From contig OY969696.1 of NCBI GenBank assembly GCA_963702005.1, positions 768,001 to 832,000 of the forward strand: DNA of 64,000 nucleotides, written 5' to 3'. The first letter of the stretch is position 1. The number at the start of each line of letters is the position of its first letter. Origin of the DNA: Candidatus Aminicenantes bacterium. GTDB taxonomy: Bacteria; Acidobacteriota; Aminicenantia; Aminicenantales; JAFGBC01. The notes below the pieces were generated by a model. It was not told where the DNA came from. It did no database searches and saw only the letters and a list, made by a program, of their open reading frames with translations. Positions 1-10,009 of the stretch are shown in pieces. Both the position numbers and the translations under genes were made by a program.

Positions 1-63
1 GGGCGCATCGCAGAGTCGTCCGAGGGAGCGATCCGTGTCCGACTCCGGCCGGAGGGTTCTTAA
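1..63 (+). CDS. 3' end of an upstream gene (partial), possibly selenide,water dikinase SelD
   Basis: Frame 1 reads [20 protein letters not shown], resembling the 'IG.v....g.I.v' C-terminus of SelD/AIRS-fold proteins. It lies immediately before selB and selC. Only 20 codons are visible. Confidence 0.35.
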   Translation, partial: GRIAESSEGAIRVRLRPEGS

Positions 64-74
64 GGGGAGAGGTC

Positions 75-1998
75 ATGGCCGGGCTCGACAAAGACCACGT
101 CATCTTCGGCACGGCCGGCCACATCGACCACGGCAAGAGCTCGCTGGTCAAGGCCCTGACCGGGACCGATCCCGACACGCTTCCTGAAGAAGAAGCTCCG
201 GGGGATGACGATCGAGCTCGGGTTCGTATTCCTGGACCTCCCCGACTACGAGAAGCAGATCGTCTTCATCGACGTCCCCGGCCACGAGCGGTTCGTCAAG
301 ACGATGGCGGCCGGGGCCTCGAACATCGACGCCGCCCTCCTGGTCATCGCCGCCGACGAGGGCGTATCGGTCCAAACCCGCGAGCACTTCGACATCCTCC
401 GTCTCCTCGACGTCCCGCTCGGGATGGTCGTCCTGACCAAGGCCGACCTGGTCGACGCGGACCGGATGGCCGAAGTCCGCGGCGACGTCGTCCGTTTCGT
501 CGCGGGCTCCTTCCTCGAGGGCGCTCCCCTTCTGGCCGTCTCGTCCGTGACCGGCGCCGGGATCCCCGAGCTCAAAGCGGCCCTGGTTGAGATGGGGCGG
601 AAAGTGCGGCGGCGGAGCGACACGGGCTTCTTCCGGATGCCGGTCGACCGCGTCTTCACCATCCAGGGCTTCGGCACGGTCGTGGCGGGAACGGTCCTGG
701 GCGGCGCGGTCGGCGTCGGCGACCGGATCGAGGTTTTTCCCGATCGGCTTCCGGCCCGGGTCCGGGGCGTTCAAGTCCACGGCCGCGGCGCCGAGCGGAG
801 CGGGATCGGGACACGGACGGCCCTCAACCTGATGGACGTCAAGAAGGAGGATCTGCGGCGGGGACAATGCGTCGCCGCGGCCGGCAGCCTGACGCCGACC
901 AACCGGCTCGACACGGAGCTTCTCTTGCTGGCCGACGCCGGCAAGGAGCTCAAGCACCGCGAGCGGGTCCGCCTCCACGTCGGGACGGACGAGGTCATCG
1001 CCCGAGTCGTCCTTCTCGACCGGGCCGCGGTCCAGCCGGGCGAGAAGGGCTTTGTCCAGTTCGTCCTAGAGGCGCCGACCGTGGCGCTTCCCGGCGACCG
1101 GTTCGTCATCCGGACCTTCTCGCCGCTGATGACGATCGGAGGAGGCCGGGTCCTCGACCCGACGCCGGGCCGGCACAAACGGTTCGACGATCAGGTCATC
1201 CAGGGGTTGGGCCGGCTCGAAGGGAGCCTCGACGAGGTCGTCGAACAGCTTTTAGTCAAGGCCCGTTTCGCGCCCCAATCTCTGAGCGAGCTGGAGTTGA
1301 GCCTGGGCGGCCGCGCCAAGGAGGTCAAGGAATCCGTCGCCGCGCTCGTCGCGGCGGGGAAGACCGTCGCCGTCCCGTTCGAGAAGGAGGAGCGCTACCT
1401 TCACGCCGGCGCCGCGGCCGAGCTCGCCGGGAGGCTCGTCGGACTCGTCAAGGACTACTTCGAGAAGTTCCCCCACAAGCTGTCGATGCCCCTCGGCGAC
1501 CTCCGCTCCCAGTTCCTGAAGCTGAGCGAGGCGGCCGTCTTCCGGAAACTCCTGGAGGAGCGGGCGGCCCAAGGCGCCTTGGACGCCCAGGGGACCGAGG
1601 TCCGCCTCCCCGAGCGCGGCGTTCGGATGACGGCCCGCGAGCAGGAACTGGCCCGCCGGATCGAGGAGGCCTATCTCAAGGCCGGCTACGACAGTCCGCT
1701 CGATGACGAGCTGTGCCGGACGTTGGGCGCCGAGCCGCCCCTGTTCGAGAAGGTCCTGTTCAGCCTCTACGACCAGAAAAAGCTGATCCGTCTCAACCCC
1801 AAGGTCACCTACCACGTCGATACGGTCGCCAGCATGAAGGCGCTCGTCCAGGAGCACCTCAAACGGAAAGGGGGCATCACGATCGCGGAGCTCCGGGATA
1901 CGATCAAGCTTTCGCGCAAGTACGCGCAGGCCGTCCTCGAGTATTTCGACCGGGTCGGGTTGACCCGGCGCGTCGAGGACCGCCATGTGCTAAAATAG
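75..1998 (+). CDS. selB: Selenocysteine-specific elongation factor SelB, with a +1 frameshift at ~186-195
   Basis: The ATG at 75 (RBS GGAGAGG) gives [19 protein letters not shown]. The frame from 205 gives [25 protein letters not shown] and a C-terminal winged-helix [13 protein letters not shown]. Deleting one A in GAAGAAGAAG restores [15 protein letters not shown]. Confidence 0.95.
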
Positions 1999-2010
1999 AC
2001 GACGACCCGC

Positions 2011-2106
2011 GGGAGGGTATAGGTTCCGGTGGGCCTTCTGGACTTCAAATCCAGCACGGGGCCGTGAAACGTCCCGGGTGGGTTCAACTCCCACACCTTC
2101 CCGCCA
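2011..2106 (+). tRNA. selC: tRNA-Sec (anticodon UCA)
   Basis: 8-bp acceptor stem GGGAGGGT/ACCTTCCC plus G-CCA; anticodon arm CTGGA-CTTCAAA-TCCAG; long variable arm; T arm GTGGG-TTCAACT-CCCAC; 96 nt long; 12 nt after the selB stop. Confidence 0.97.
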
Positions 2107-2134
2107 CAGCCTCTCTCAGGGGGTAGGGGGGAGC

Positions 2135-2539
2135 TCATCCGGCCAGAAAACGGGCCGGGGACAGGGCCGTGTCGGGGAAGCTCTTGAGGAGGGCCTTGTC
2201 CGTCGTGACCAGGCGGACGTCCAGTCCCCGGGCGAGCGCGACGAACTCGCAGTCGTAGGCGGAGCATTCCGATCCGGCCGCCAGGCTCAACACGTCGAAG
2301 GAATCCACGGCGAACTCGTTGCCCTTCATCAGGGACTCAGCTTCCTTCATAATCCGGGCCGCGTCATCCAGCCCGAAGAATCTCTTTCCGAGGCAGGCGG
2401 CCAGGACGCTCCGGAATTCGCTCCGCCATAGAGGGGGAGCCGCCCAGATCGGATCCTTGCGCAAAACCTTTTCGGCCGCGCCGCTGTGCTCCCCTTTGAT
2501 GAACAGATAGGCGACCAGGTTCGTGTCGACGGCGATCAC
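2135..2539 (-). CDS. vapC: PIN-domain toxin, VapC/FitB family
   Basis: N-terminal VDTN motif, W.SEF, SAYDCEFVALA and LVTTD (PIN acidic residues). It overlaps the antitoxin stop by 4 nt. Confidence 0.88.
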   Translation of the reverse strand: MIAVDTNLVAYLFIKGEHSGAAEKVLRKDPIWAAPPLWRSEFRSVLAACLGKRFFGLDDAARIMKEAESLMKGNEFAVDSFDVLSLAAGSECSAYDCEFVALARGLDVRLVTTDKALLKSFPDTALSPARFLAG

Positions 2540-2781
2540 GGGCGCCCCCGTCGCTTGGCCCGGTCGATAAAGTCTTGGTCCAGGACGCGGCCGGCGGTTT
2601 TATTCCTAAGGACCCGTGCTCTGGCCAGGACATCGTCCGGCTCCAGGCGGCGGGCGGTCAAGGTCTCCTCGAAGATCGAGAGGATTTCGCCGTTGATGCT
2701 CCGGCGGTTCCGACCCGCCCGGGCCCTGATCTTGTCGAACAGCTCCTGGGGGATATTCTTGACGGTGAAGTTCGCTGGCAT
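2536..2781 (-). CDS. Arc/ribbon-helix-helix antitoxin, FitA-like
   Basis: MPANFTVKNIPQELFDKIRARAGRNRRSINGEI is a typical RHH antitoxin sequence; GGAG RBS before the ATG at 2781. Confidence 0.85.
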   Translation of the reverse strand: MPANFTVKNIPQELFDKIRARAGRNRRSINGEILSIFEETLTARRLEPDDVLARARVLRNKTAGRVLDQDFIDRAKRRGRP

Positions 2782-2902
2782 CGCTCCGGACCGTTGGTTG
2801 TAATCTGGTTCCATTATGGTTCTTTCAAGACTAAAAGTCAATACGGATCTCCAGCGGTTGTCGATCTCCGGGAGATGTCCTCTTCAGGAATGACGCTTCG
2901 AG

Positions 2903-4264
2903 TCAGGGGGCCGTCTCGCCGCCAAGGTAGCTTCCGACGATCTCCCGCCCCGCCCGCATCAGCTCGTGGATCCAGGAGTAGGCGAAGCGGCCGCCGCGGC
3001 CGGCGAGCCTCAGGTTGCCGAACCGCCCCAAGTAGGAGAGGACGGTCTCGACGTTCTTCGCGCTCTCCCTCTCCAGGATGGGATAGGCATGAGAGAGCCG
3101 GCTGACCTCGGCGTCGATCGGATCGCCGCTTCCGAGCCAGCCGATATTGCGGAGGAGCGACGCCGTGCGCTCGACCAGGGACCCGTCCCCTGAATTCCAA
3201 ATTTCGTCCCCCCGCTGGCAGGGGATCTCGGCGACGAGCGAAGTCCTGCCGGCGGGCGCCATGCGCGCGCTCCGGTTCTTCGGTTCATAGACCCGCGTGA
3301 ACGGGAATTCTTTGTCCGGGAAATAAACGGTCGCCGCCTTCGTCACGGAATCGCAGCCGAGAAACAGGGCGACCAGGACGAGATCCCTGAAGCGCAAGAG
3401 AGAGGCGCTCCGCAGGACTCCGTCGGGCGGCCGGGGCGCCATCATCCGGATGAATTCGGGGAGCGGGAGGGAGCTTATAAACTCGTCGGCTTGGACGGTT
3501 GCGCCGCCCCCGGTTTCGACGGCCATAATCCGTACGCCGTCGTGGATGACCCGCGTCACGGGAGCGTTTGTCCGGATTCGCTCCTTTCCGCAGAATTCGA
3601 CCAGACGCTCGGCGAGGGCGCCGATACCCGGACGCGGATAATAAAAAGAGCCGTCGACGTGCTTGGTGCCCGCCTTCCGGCCCAGGAAGGCCTCGATCAG
3701 GACGGTGCCAAGGGTCAGCCCGTTCATGCGCCGGCCGGAGACCTCGGGAGACAGCTGCCGGCAGGGGACGCCCCAAAGCTTCTCGGAATAATTCAACAGG
3801 AAGCGCTCGCTGATCGTGTCGCCGTACTTGTTCCGGGCGAACGACTCGAAGTCGTCGCTCCGCCGGGCGGCTTTGAGCCGGCCGGACATGACCTGGACCC
3901 CGGATGAAAGGAAGGCCGCGGGACCCAGGCTCCTCATCAAGTTGAGCGGCAGGAAGGGGAAGTCGATCAGGATCCCCCGCCGGTAGATCTTGCTGGGGAC
4001 GTGGATCATTTCCAGCTCTCCGTCAAGCAGGGATCGAATCTCCGCCGTCGCTACGGGGTCCTTGTCGTGAATGCGGTGCGCCCCCGTGTCGTACAGGAAT
4101 TCCGTATGCTTCAGGGTCCGGGCGTTTCCCCCGCAGCGATCGCGGGCTTCGAGGACGATGAAGGGCAGTCCATTCTTCCTGGCGTAAAAGGCCGCCGACA
4201 GTCCGGCGACTCCGCCGCCCAAGATGGCGATCAGCCCCGGCCTTTGTCTCCGTCCGTCCTGCAT
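2903..4264 (-). CDS. FAD-dependent oxidoreductase (protoporphyrinogen oxidase/UDP-galactopyranose mutase-like, glycan-associated family)
   Basis: GGGVAGLSAA dinucleotide-binding motif, EARDRCGG, DTGAHRIH, YSEKLWG and C-terminal GRGGRFAY. Confidence 0.8.
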   Translation of the reverse strand: MQDGRRQRPGLIAILGGGVAGLSAAFYARKNGLPFIVLEARDRCGGNARTLKHTEFLYDTGAHRIHDKDPVATAEIRSLLDGELEMIHVPSKIYRRGILIDFPFLPLNLMRSLGPAAFLSSGVQVMSGRLKAARRSDDFESFARNKYGDTISERFLLNYSEKLWGVPCRQLSPEVSGRRMNGLTLGTVLIEAFLGRKAGTKHVDGSFYYPRPGIGALAERLVEFCGKERIRTNAPVTRVIHDGVRIMAVETGGGATVQADEFISSLPLPEFIRMMAPRPPDGVLRSASLLRFRDLVLVALFLGCDSVTKAATVYFPDKEFPFTRVYEPKNRSARMAPAGRTSLVAEIPCQRGDEIWNSGDGSLVERTASLLRNIGWLGSGDPIDAEVSRLSHAYPILERESAKNVETVLSYLGRFGNLRLAGRGGRFAYSWIHELMRAGREIVGSYLGGETAP

Positions 4265-4367
4265 TGTCGCCCCGCAGCTCCCTTGCTTGGGACGCCTTGC
4301 GCTCGTTCGTTTGACAATAGATGATAGACGGCCCGCGGCGAGTTGTCAAACGCGTCCCGGACTCAGC

Positions 4368-6833
4368 TTATCGTATGGTCACGGTCGCGGGCGGGCCCTC
4401 GCGGCCCGTTTCCGGATCGACCGCGACAAGCCGGTACGTGTAGGCCTTGGTCTTGTCCACGCCGCGCTCCCGATACTCGAATGTCGCCGCGTCGAGCGAA
4501 GCGACGAGGCGCGGCGTCGTCCCCTCGACCAGGTAGAGCCGGTAGGTCAGCCCGGCGTCGTTGGCAGGATTCCGCCGCCAGTTCAGGACGTTGACGTACT
4601 CGACGAAGAGGAGCGAGCGGTTTTCTTTCTTCGTGCCTTTGAAGTCGAGCGGTTCGTAGATGGTCCGCTGGAATTCGGCCCGGACGGCCAGGTCGCGGTC
4701 GACGGTGACGGTCAAGGGATTCGTCGTCCCCGATGCGTCTCCGCTCCAACCCATGAAATGATAGTTCGAGGCCGCCGTCGCCGTGATGGTCACTTGACTT
4801 CCCGGGCTATGTTTATAGGTTCCGGGAGCGGGCGTCGTCGTGCCGCCCGAGGTCGCGCTGATGACGAGGGCGTACTGGCCGCCCGGCCGGATTTGGCAGA
4901 GGCCTCCGCCCGGGGTCGCGGCGACGAGCGTGCCGGTCCCCTTGACGAAGTCGAGGGCGCTGACCGTTTTCACGATCAGGCCCAGGCTGTAATCGGACCA
5001 GGAACTCCCGAAATCCACGCTCTTCCGGACGCCGGCCCAGCCGCCCGCGTAAACCTGGTTGGGGAGGGCCGGATTGACCGCGATGGCCGTCGTCGAGGCG
5101 GTCAGGCAATGGGTCCAGGTCGCGCCGGAGTCCTCGCTGCGGAAGACGCCGTCGTCGGACGCGGCGTAAATACGGAAGGGCGAGACGGGATCGAGGACGA
5201 GGGCGGTGATGGGAGCCGAAAATACGTTGGTCCCCAGCCCCGTCCAGGTTTCGCCTCCGTCCGATGTCCGGCAAACCGAGCCCAGGCTGTTCTGAGTGCC
5301 TCCGACATAGATGATCTGCTCGTTCGTAGGATGCACCGCGATGGCGCAGACCATCCCGGGATCGGGCAGGAGCTTGGACGCCCAATTGGCCCCTCCATCC
5401 GTCGAGATATACAAGGTGACATTGCTGCCCGGCGGACTGCCTCCCGCGTAAAGATGATCGAAGTTCTGGGAATGAACGACCAGAACATCGAGCTGGCCCT
5501 GCTGCAACAGGCTCGTCCAGCTGTTGCCTCCATCTACAGACCTGTAGATGTAGTCTCCGGACCCTCAGCCCTGGCCGGGCGCGATCATATAAACGGTCCG
5601 GGGGTTGCCGGGATCGACGGCCGCGATATAACCCTGATCGTCGCAGCTGTAAAAATAGGGGAGGAGGGACCAGGTCCGGCCGAAGCTGTCGCTCCGATAG
5701 AATCCGCAGTTGGAAACATTGGCATAAAGGACGTTGGGGTAAGAGGCCGGTACATAGAAGGACGGGACCCGGCAGGCCCGAACCCCGGTTTGACTGGCCG
5801 CCCAGGTCGCGCCCGCGTCCGTGCTGCGGTAGACTCCGGCGTCCGAGCCGAAGAAAACCGAGCTTCCCGCCACGGCCATGCGGCGGCAGTCGCCGAGAAG
5901 ACCCGTTTCGGCGGACGTCCAGTCGATGCCGCCGTCCGTGCTCTTGTAGACCCTTTTCTGATAGCCGGCATAGAGGACGGAGGAATTCGCCGGGTCGATG
6001 GCCAGCCCGTAAGCGCAGCTGGTGTTGGCGCTGCTCTGCCAGGTCTGTCCCGAGTCCGAGGAGCGATAGACGCCCCCTTCGGTCGCGGCGAAGACCCGGG
6101 AGGGATTGTTCGGATCCGTTGCCAGGTCGTAGATCTGGGTTGAGAGCCCGCCCGTGATGTCTTGCCAGGAATCGCCGCCGTTCGTCGTCCGGTAGACGAA
6201 GAATTTAGCCGTCGTGGCGGTCCGGTAAATCCCGCTGACATAAATGACGGCCGGATTCCCGAAATTGACGCAGAGGCTGTGGCTCTCGGCGAGATCCGCG
6301 CCGGGCGAGATTCGCTTGGACGTCCAGGTTTGGCCGCCGTCCGTCGTGCGGGCTAATCCGACCGAGGCCGTCTCGGACGTTATCTGGCCGAGGATGAACA
6401 GGCTGTCGGGATCGCTGGGATGGGCGGCCAGCCGTTCGAAGCTGGTGAAGCCGCGCGGATTCGTGAGCTGCGTCCAGGACGAGCCGCCGTTTCGGGATTT
6501 GAAAAGGGAGAGCCAGCTCATGGCATAGAGGCCGCCGCTTCCCGGAGGGCCGAAGGCGAGGTCCGTGATGGGATCATTGAATAACCCGATCCTCTTCCAG
6601 GTTTTGCCTTCGTTCGCGCTCCGGTAGACCTGGGCCGGCGTCGAATCGAAGACGGCCATGAGATCGTTGGCGTTCGCGGGATTCACGGCCAGGTCGCGCA
6701 GGCCGCCGCCGTCGGGACCGATCGATTTCCAAGCGGGGTTGTCCGCCCCGGCCGGCCGCGGCCGGGTTGGAGCGGCGGGAGGGCCGAGGATGAGCGCGGC
6801 TATCAGGATCGAGAATCCAATTCCTTTTTTCAT
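4368..6833 (-). CDS. Putative secreted selenoprotein (821 aa, Sec423): BNR/Asp-box beta-propellers, InlB-B-like bacterial repeat and C-terminal FN3-like domain
   Basis: ORFs 5565-6833 and 4368-5507 are in the same frame, separated only by a TGA at 5567-5565. Read-through gives APGQG-U-GSGDYIYRSVDGGNSW, an intact Asp-box. A SECIS-like hairpin follows, and the N-terminus is a signal peptide (MKKGIGFSILIAALILG). Confidence 0.85.
5531..5550 (-). promoter_or_regulatory. Bacterial SECIS-like hairpin CAUCUACA-GGUC-UGUAGAUG
   Basis: Perfect 8-bp stem with a GGUC loop starting 23 nt after the in-frame UGA. The CAGGUCUG core matches the apical part of the E. coli fdhF SECIS. Confidence 0.85.
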
Positions 6834-6885
6834 AAAAACACCCTCCGCCTGGAATCAGCAGGGTCCGAATCTGATTCCCGATTAT

Positions 6886-6914
6886 TTTATATAGGAGGGC
6901 GGTCGGGGAGTCAA
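6886..6914 (-). promoter_or_regulatory. Putative sigma70 promoter of selenoprotein gene 1
   Basis: TTGACT-N17-TATAAA on the minus strand, ~50 nt upstream of the ATG. Confidence 0.5.
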
Positions 6915-7050
6915 CCTTTCGACACCCATAGCCGTTTCCGGCTTAGTATGAGTGCTGCAAGGCTGCTCCCCGGCCCCGGATTGATTTGTGGAAGCTTTTC
7001 TGGTAAACAAGGGAGACAGGAACCGACATCGCGGGAAGGAGGTAGGGCTC

Positions 7051-9033
7051 ATGCAGGCTTGGAAGCGCCGATTCCCGGCGGCCCTCATCAAGATCCTGAT
7101 CCTCGGCGCGCTCGCCTTTCTTTCGGTCAAGCCGGCCGCCGCCCAGAATCCGATCGACTTTACCCTCAAGGACGCGGACGGCAATGACGTCCACCTCCGC
7201 GACTTCCTGGGCAATAAGGTCGTCCTGGTCGATTTCTGGGCGACCTGGTGCGTCCCCTGCGTCAAGGAGCTGTCCCACTTCCAGCGCTTCTACGAGTCCT
7301 ATAAGGACAAGGGTTTGGTCGTCCTGGCCATTTCCGAGGACGGCCCCGAGACCGTGGCCATGGTCAAGCCCTTCCAGCGGCGCTACAAGTACACCTTCAC
7401 CATCCTCCTCGACTCCGAATCCAAGGTCCTGGCCCTCTACAACCCGAGGGTCGTCTTGCCCTACACGCTCCTCATCGGCCGCGACGGCCGGATCGCCAAG
7501 ATCCACCAGGGCTACAGCCTGGGCGACGAGAAAATGCTCGAGCAGGAGATCGTCGAGCTTCTCGAGCCCAAGGCGGAAGTCAAGGCGAGCCGGATGTCGC
7601 TGAGCGCCAGCGAATCCTTCCTGTACCGCCATTTCACCGACAAGGATTATGTCGACGACTCGCGCGAGGGCCGGCCCAACCAAATCCTCAACAAGTTCGA
7701 CCTGACCCTTAACGCGGGCGATCTCCTGGTCGGGATCAGGGCCGACGCGAACCTCGACTTCTCGCCGATGCGGCACGATTACAGCCTGGCCAAGCGGTTC
7801 GTCGAGTTCAACAAATGGAACTTCAGCCTGCGGGCCGGGGATTTCTATTACTCGGTGGGGCGGGGGCTCGCCTTCAGCCTGCTCAAGATCTTCGAGAAGG
7901 AGGGCCTCGAGTACATCATCGACACGACCATCGAGGGCGGGAAGCTCAGCTACGGCGGGAACAAGTTCGAAGCCTGGGGGGGCTGGGTCGAACGCGAGCG
8001 GACGTCGCGGGAGGCGCCGATCGTCCGGGACCTGGTCGGGGGGCTGAGCGTCGGGACCCGCGTCTTGAGCTTCGCCGACGTCAACCTCAACGTCGTCGGG
8101 GCGCGGCTCGAGCCGGGCTCCGCGTTGGGGAGCCGGAACGTCTCCATGGAAACCCTGACCTTCTCGGCGGCCAAGATCGGCAATTTCGCCAAGTTCTACG
8201 GCGAGGGCCTCCTCATCCAGAAGGAAAAATTCTATGTCCCGAACACGATCTACGGCCACGGCGTTTATCTCGAGTCGGGGCTGTTCTTCGGGAACCTGAC
8301 TCTTTTATTCGAGTTCAAGGATTACCAGGACCTCGACTTCGAATACAACCGGCCGCCCCTGCTTGAGAGCGAGCAGCTGGCCGTCGTCGCCAACCAGTTC
8401 GTGACCTCGGCCAAGGACTCGACCGGCGCCGCGATCCGGGCCGATTGGTATTTCCCGGGGGCCTCGACCCTTCTCTTTGCCAAGGGCAGCTGGATCGACG
8501 ACCTGCCCGGCCACTTTCCGCGGACGATCACCCATTTTTTCGGGGGCGTCGAGAAGAAGTTCAAGGAGACGGGCTGGCTGACCCTGATCGGCGGCTACCG
8601 AAACGAGCAGGCGAGCTCCCTGGTTTTTTACTATACGGCGGGCCGGACCTTCCATTGGCAGGGGAATCTCAGCTATCCCCTGACCAGGCGTCTGAGCCTC
8701 GAGCTCGACATCGAGGCCAAGGACTTCGACGGAACGGTCCCCTTCGGAGGGAGGTTTACCGATTATTTCGAACGGCGCTCGTACCTGTCCTTGAGCTACT
8801 CCCCCCGTCTCATCCTGACCGTCCTCTACGACCGGACGGACGACCCCGAGATCCTGGCCGTCAAGAACAAGAAGGATTGGTGGGGGACGCAGCTCGAGAT
8901 CAAACTATCCCACGCCAAGTCGATCCGGATCTTCTACGGGTCCAACAAGGGGGGCGTCAAGTGCGCGGGCGGCGTCTGCAAATTCTTCCCGCCCTTCGAA
9001 GGGTTGAGGATCGACGGCGTCCTTAGGTTCTGA
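7051..9033 (+). CDS. TlpA-type thioredoxin fused to a DUF6029-like outer-membrane barrel
   Basis: AGGAGG RBS before the ATG at 7051; signal peptide; DFWATWCVPC; C-terminal amphipathic beta-strands ending GGVKCAGGVCKFFPPFEGLRIDGVLRF with a terminal Phe. Confidence 0.8.
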   Translation: MQAWKRRFPAALIKILILGALAFLSVKPAAAQNPIDFTLKDADGNDVHLRDFLGNKVVLVDFWATWCVPCVKELSHFQRFYESYKDKGLVVLAISEDGPETVAMVKPFQRRYKYTFTILLDSESKVLALYNPRVVLPYTLLIGRDGRIAKIHQGYSLGDEKMLEQEIVELLEPKAEVKASRMSLSASESFLYRHFTDKDYVDDSREGRPNQILNKFDLTLNAGDLLVGIRADANLDFSPMRHDYSLAKRFVEFNKWNFSLRAGDFYYSVGRGLAFSLLKIFEKEGLEYIIDTTIEGGKLSYGGNKFEAWGGWVERERTSREAPIVRDLVGGLSVGTRVLSFADVNLNVVGARLEPGSALGSRNVSMETLTFSAAKIGNFAKFYGEGLLIQKEKFYVPNTIYGHGVYLESGLFFGNLTLLFEFKDYQDLDFEYNRPPLLESEQLAVVANQFVTSAKDSTGAAIRADWYFPGASTLLFAKGSWIDDLPGHFPRTITHFFGGVEKKFKETGWLTLIGGYRNEQASSLVFYYTAGRTFHWQGNLSYPLTRRLSLELDIEAKDFDGTVPFGGRFTDYFERRSYLSLSYSPRLILTVLYDRTDDPEILAVKNKKDWWGTQLEIKLSHAKSIRIFYGSNKGGVKCAGGVCKFFPPFEGLRIDGVLRF

Positions 9034-9111
9034 AGCCGGGAACGGGCCGGACGTTATCGCCTATCCGTTCCAGGGGGGATTTGAAAAAGTGACAAAGTGT
9101 AGGTTTGACCC

Positions 9112-9867
9112 TCACAAGTATTTTTGGATGATGTTATCGACCTCGGCTTTGATGTAACCCTCCCGCTTGTAGCGGATGGTCCGGTTCCGGTCCATGATGT
9201 GGGGGAGGGGGATCGAATTCCGCCGGAATTGATCATAGATGGCGTGGCTGTTGTCGTCCAGGACCGGGAAGGTCAGTTTATAAGTCTCGGACCAGGTCTT
9301 GGCGCTCCCCTCGATGACGCATAGGATGTACATGAATCCCTTGCCCTTGAGGCTCTGATAGAAGGACTCGGCCGTTTCGGCCTTCTCCCGGCAGGGGCCG
9401 CACCAGTCGGCCGAGAAATCGAGCAGGATGACCTTGCCGTGGTAGGCCGAGAGAGTCACGTCGGCGCCGTTCTGGTCCTTGGCAGTGAAATCGAGGGCGA
9501 TAGACCCTTCCTCGGTCCCGTAGGTCGCGGCCGAGGCCGTGAAGGCCAGGTCGCTCCGCGAAGCCGACCCGACCTCATAGTCGGAGGGGCTGAAGGCGTA
9601 GCCGAGCCGCGAAGGCGTGATGATGTACCCTCCGCCGGGAAGATCGCTGAAGCTGAACCGTCCGTCGCTTCCCGTCGTCGTGGACTTAGAGGCGTCCCAG
9701 GACAAGTAGACGTCGATACCGGGAAGGGCCTGGCCGCCCTGGCTGACGGGGCCGCTGAAGCTCAGCAGGGACCCCTCGGGCCCGGTCGTCGTGGAAGTCT
9801 TGCAGGCCCCCAAGGCCAGGAGCCCGATCGCGAGGGCGAGAATGGCGACCCGGTTCGTCCCGTTCAT
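9112..9867 (-). CDS. Lipoprotein: carboxypeptidase-regulatory-like domain plus TlpA/AhpC-TSA thioredoxin domain
   Basis: Lipobox LGAC; TGSDGRFSFSDLPGGGYII; DFSADWCGPC. Confidence 0.82.
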   Translation of the reverse strand: MNGTNRVAILALAIGLLALGACKTSTTTGPEGSLLSFSGPVSQGGQALPGIDVYLSWDASKSTTTGSDGRFSFSDLPGGGYIITPSRLGYAFSPSDYEVGSASRSDLAFTASAATYGTEEGSIALDFTAKDQNGADVTLSAYHGKVILLDFSADWCGPCREKAETAESFYQSLKGKGFMYILCVIEGSAKTWSETYKLTFPVLDDNSHAIYDQFRRNSIPLPHIMDRNRTIRYKREGYIKAEVDNIIQKYL

Positions 9868-10009
9868 GATGACTCTCCTTCGGGGACTTTCGCTCTCCAG
9901 TATAGGTCAAGCTTCCGGCTTGTCAACCCCTCAACACACACGAACCGTTCCCGGTTCGTGAGTACTGCAAGGCGGGCTTAACGTCGGCGAACGGGTCAAC
10001 CGGCCGTCC

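Noticed and set aside
5565-5567. TGA as genome-wide Trp/Gly recoding (code 4/25) or as a simple pseudogene lesion
   Set aside because: Many core genes here end at TGA (rpoN, rapZ, tolB) and Trp is encoded by TGG. The same position in two diverged paralogs plus a conserved hairpin argues against random nonsense mutations.
4224-6143. Long antisense ORFs (e.g. 4224-6143, 12723-14303, 23080-24885, 57427-59652, 61939-63729)
   Set aside because: These are shadow frames of real genes in high-GC DNA, with no recognisable motifs.
6950-6975. Sigma-54 promoter (GG-N10-GC with TTGCA) for selenoprotein gene 1
   Set aside because: The -24 element matches TGGCAC poorly, and a good sigma70-like promoter lies closer to the gene.
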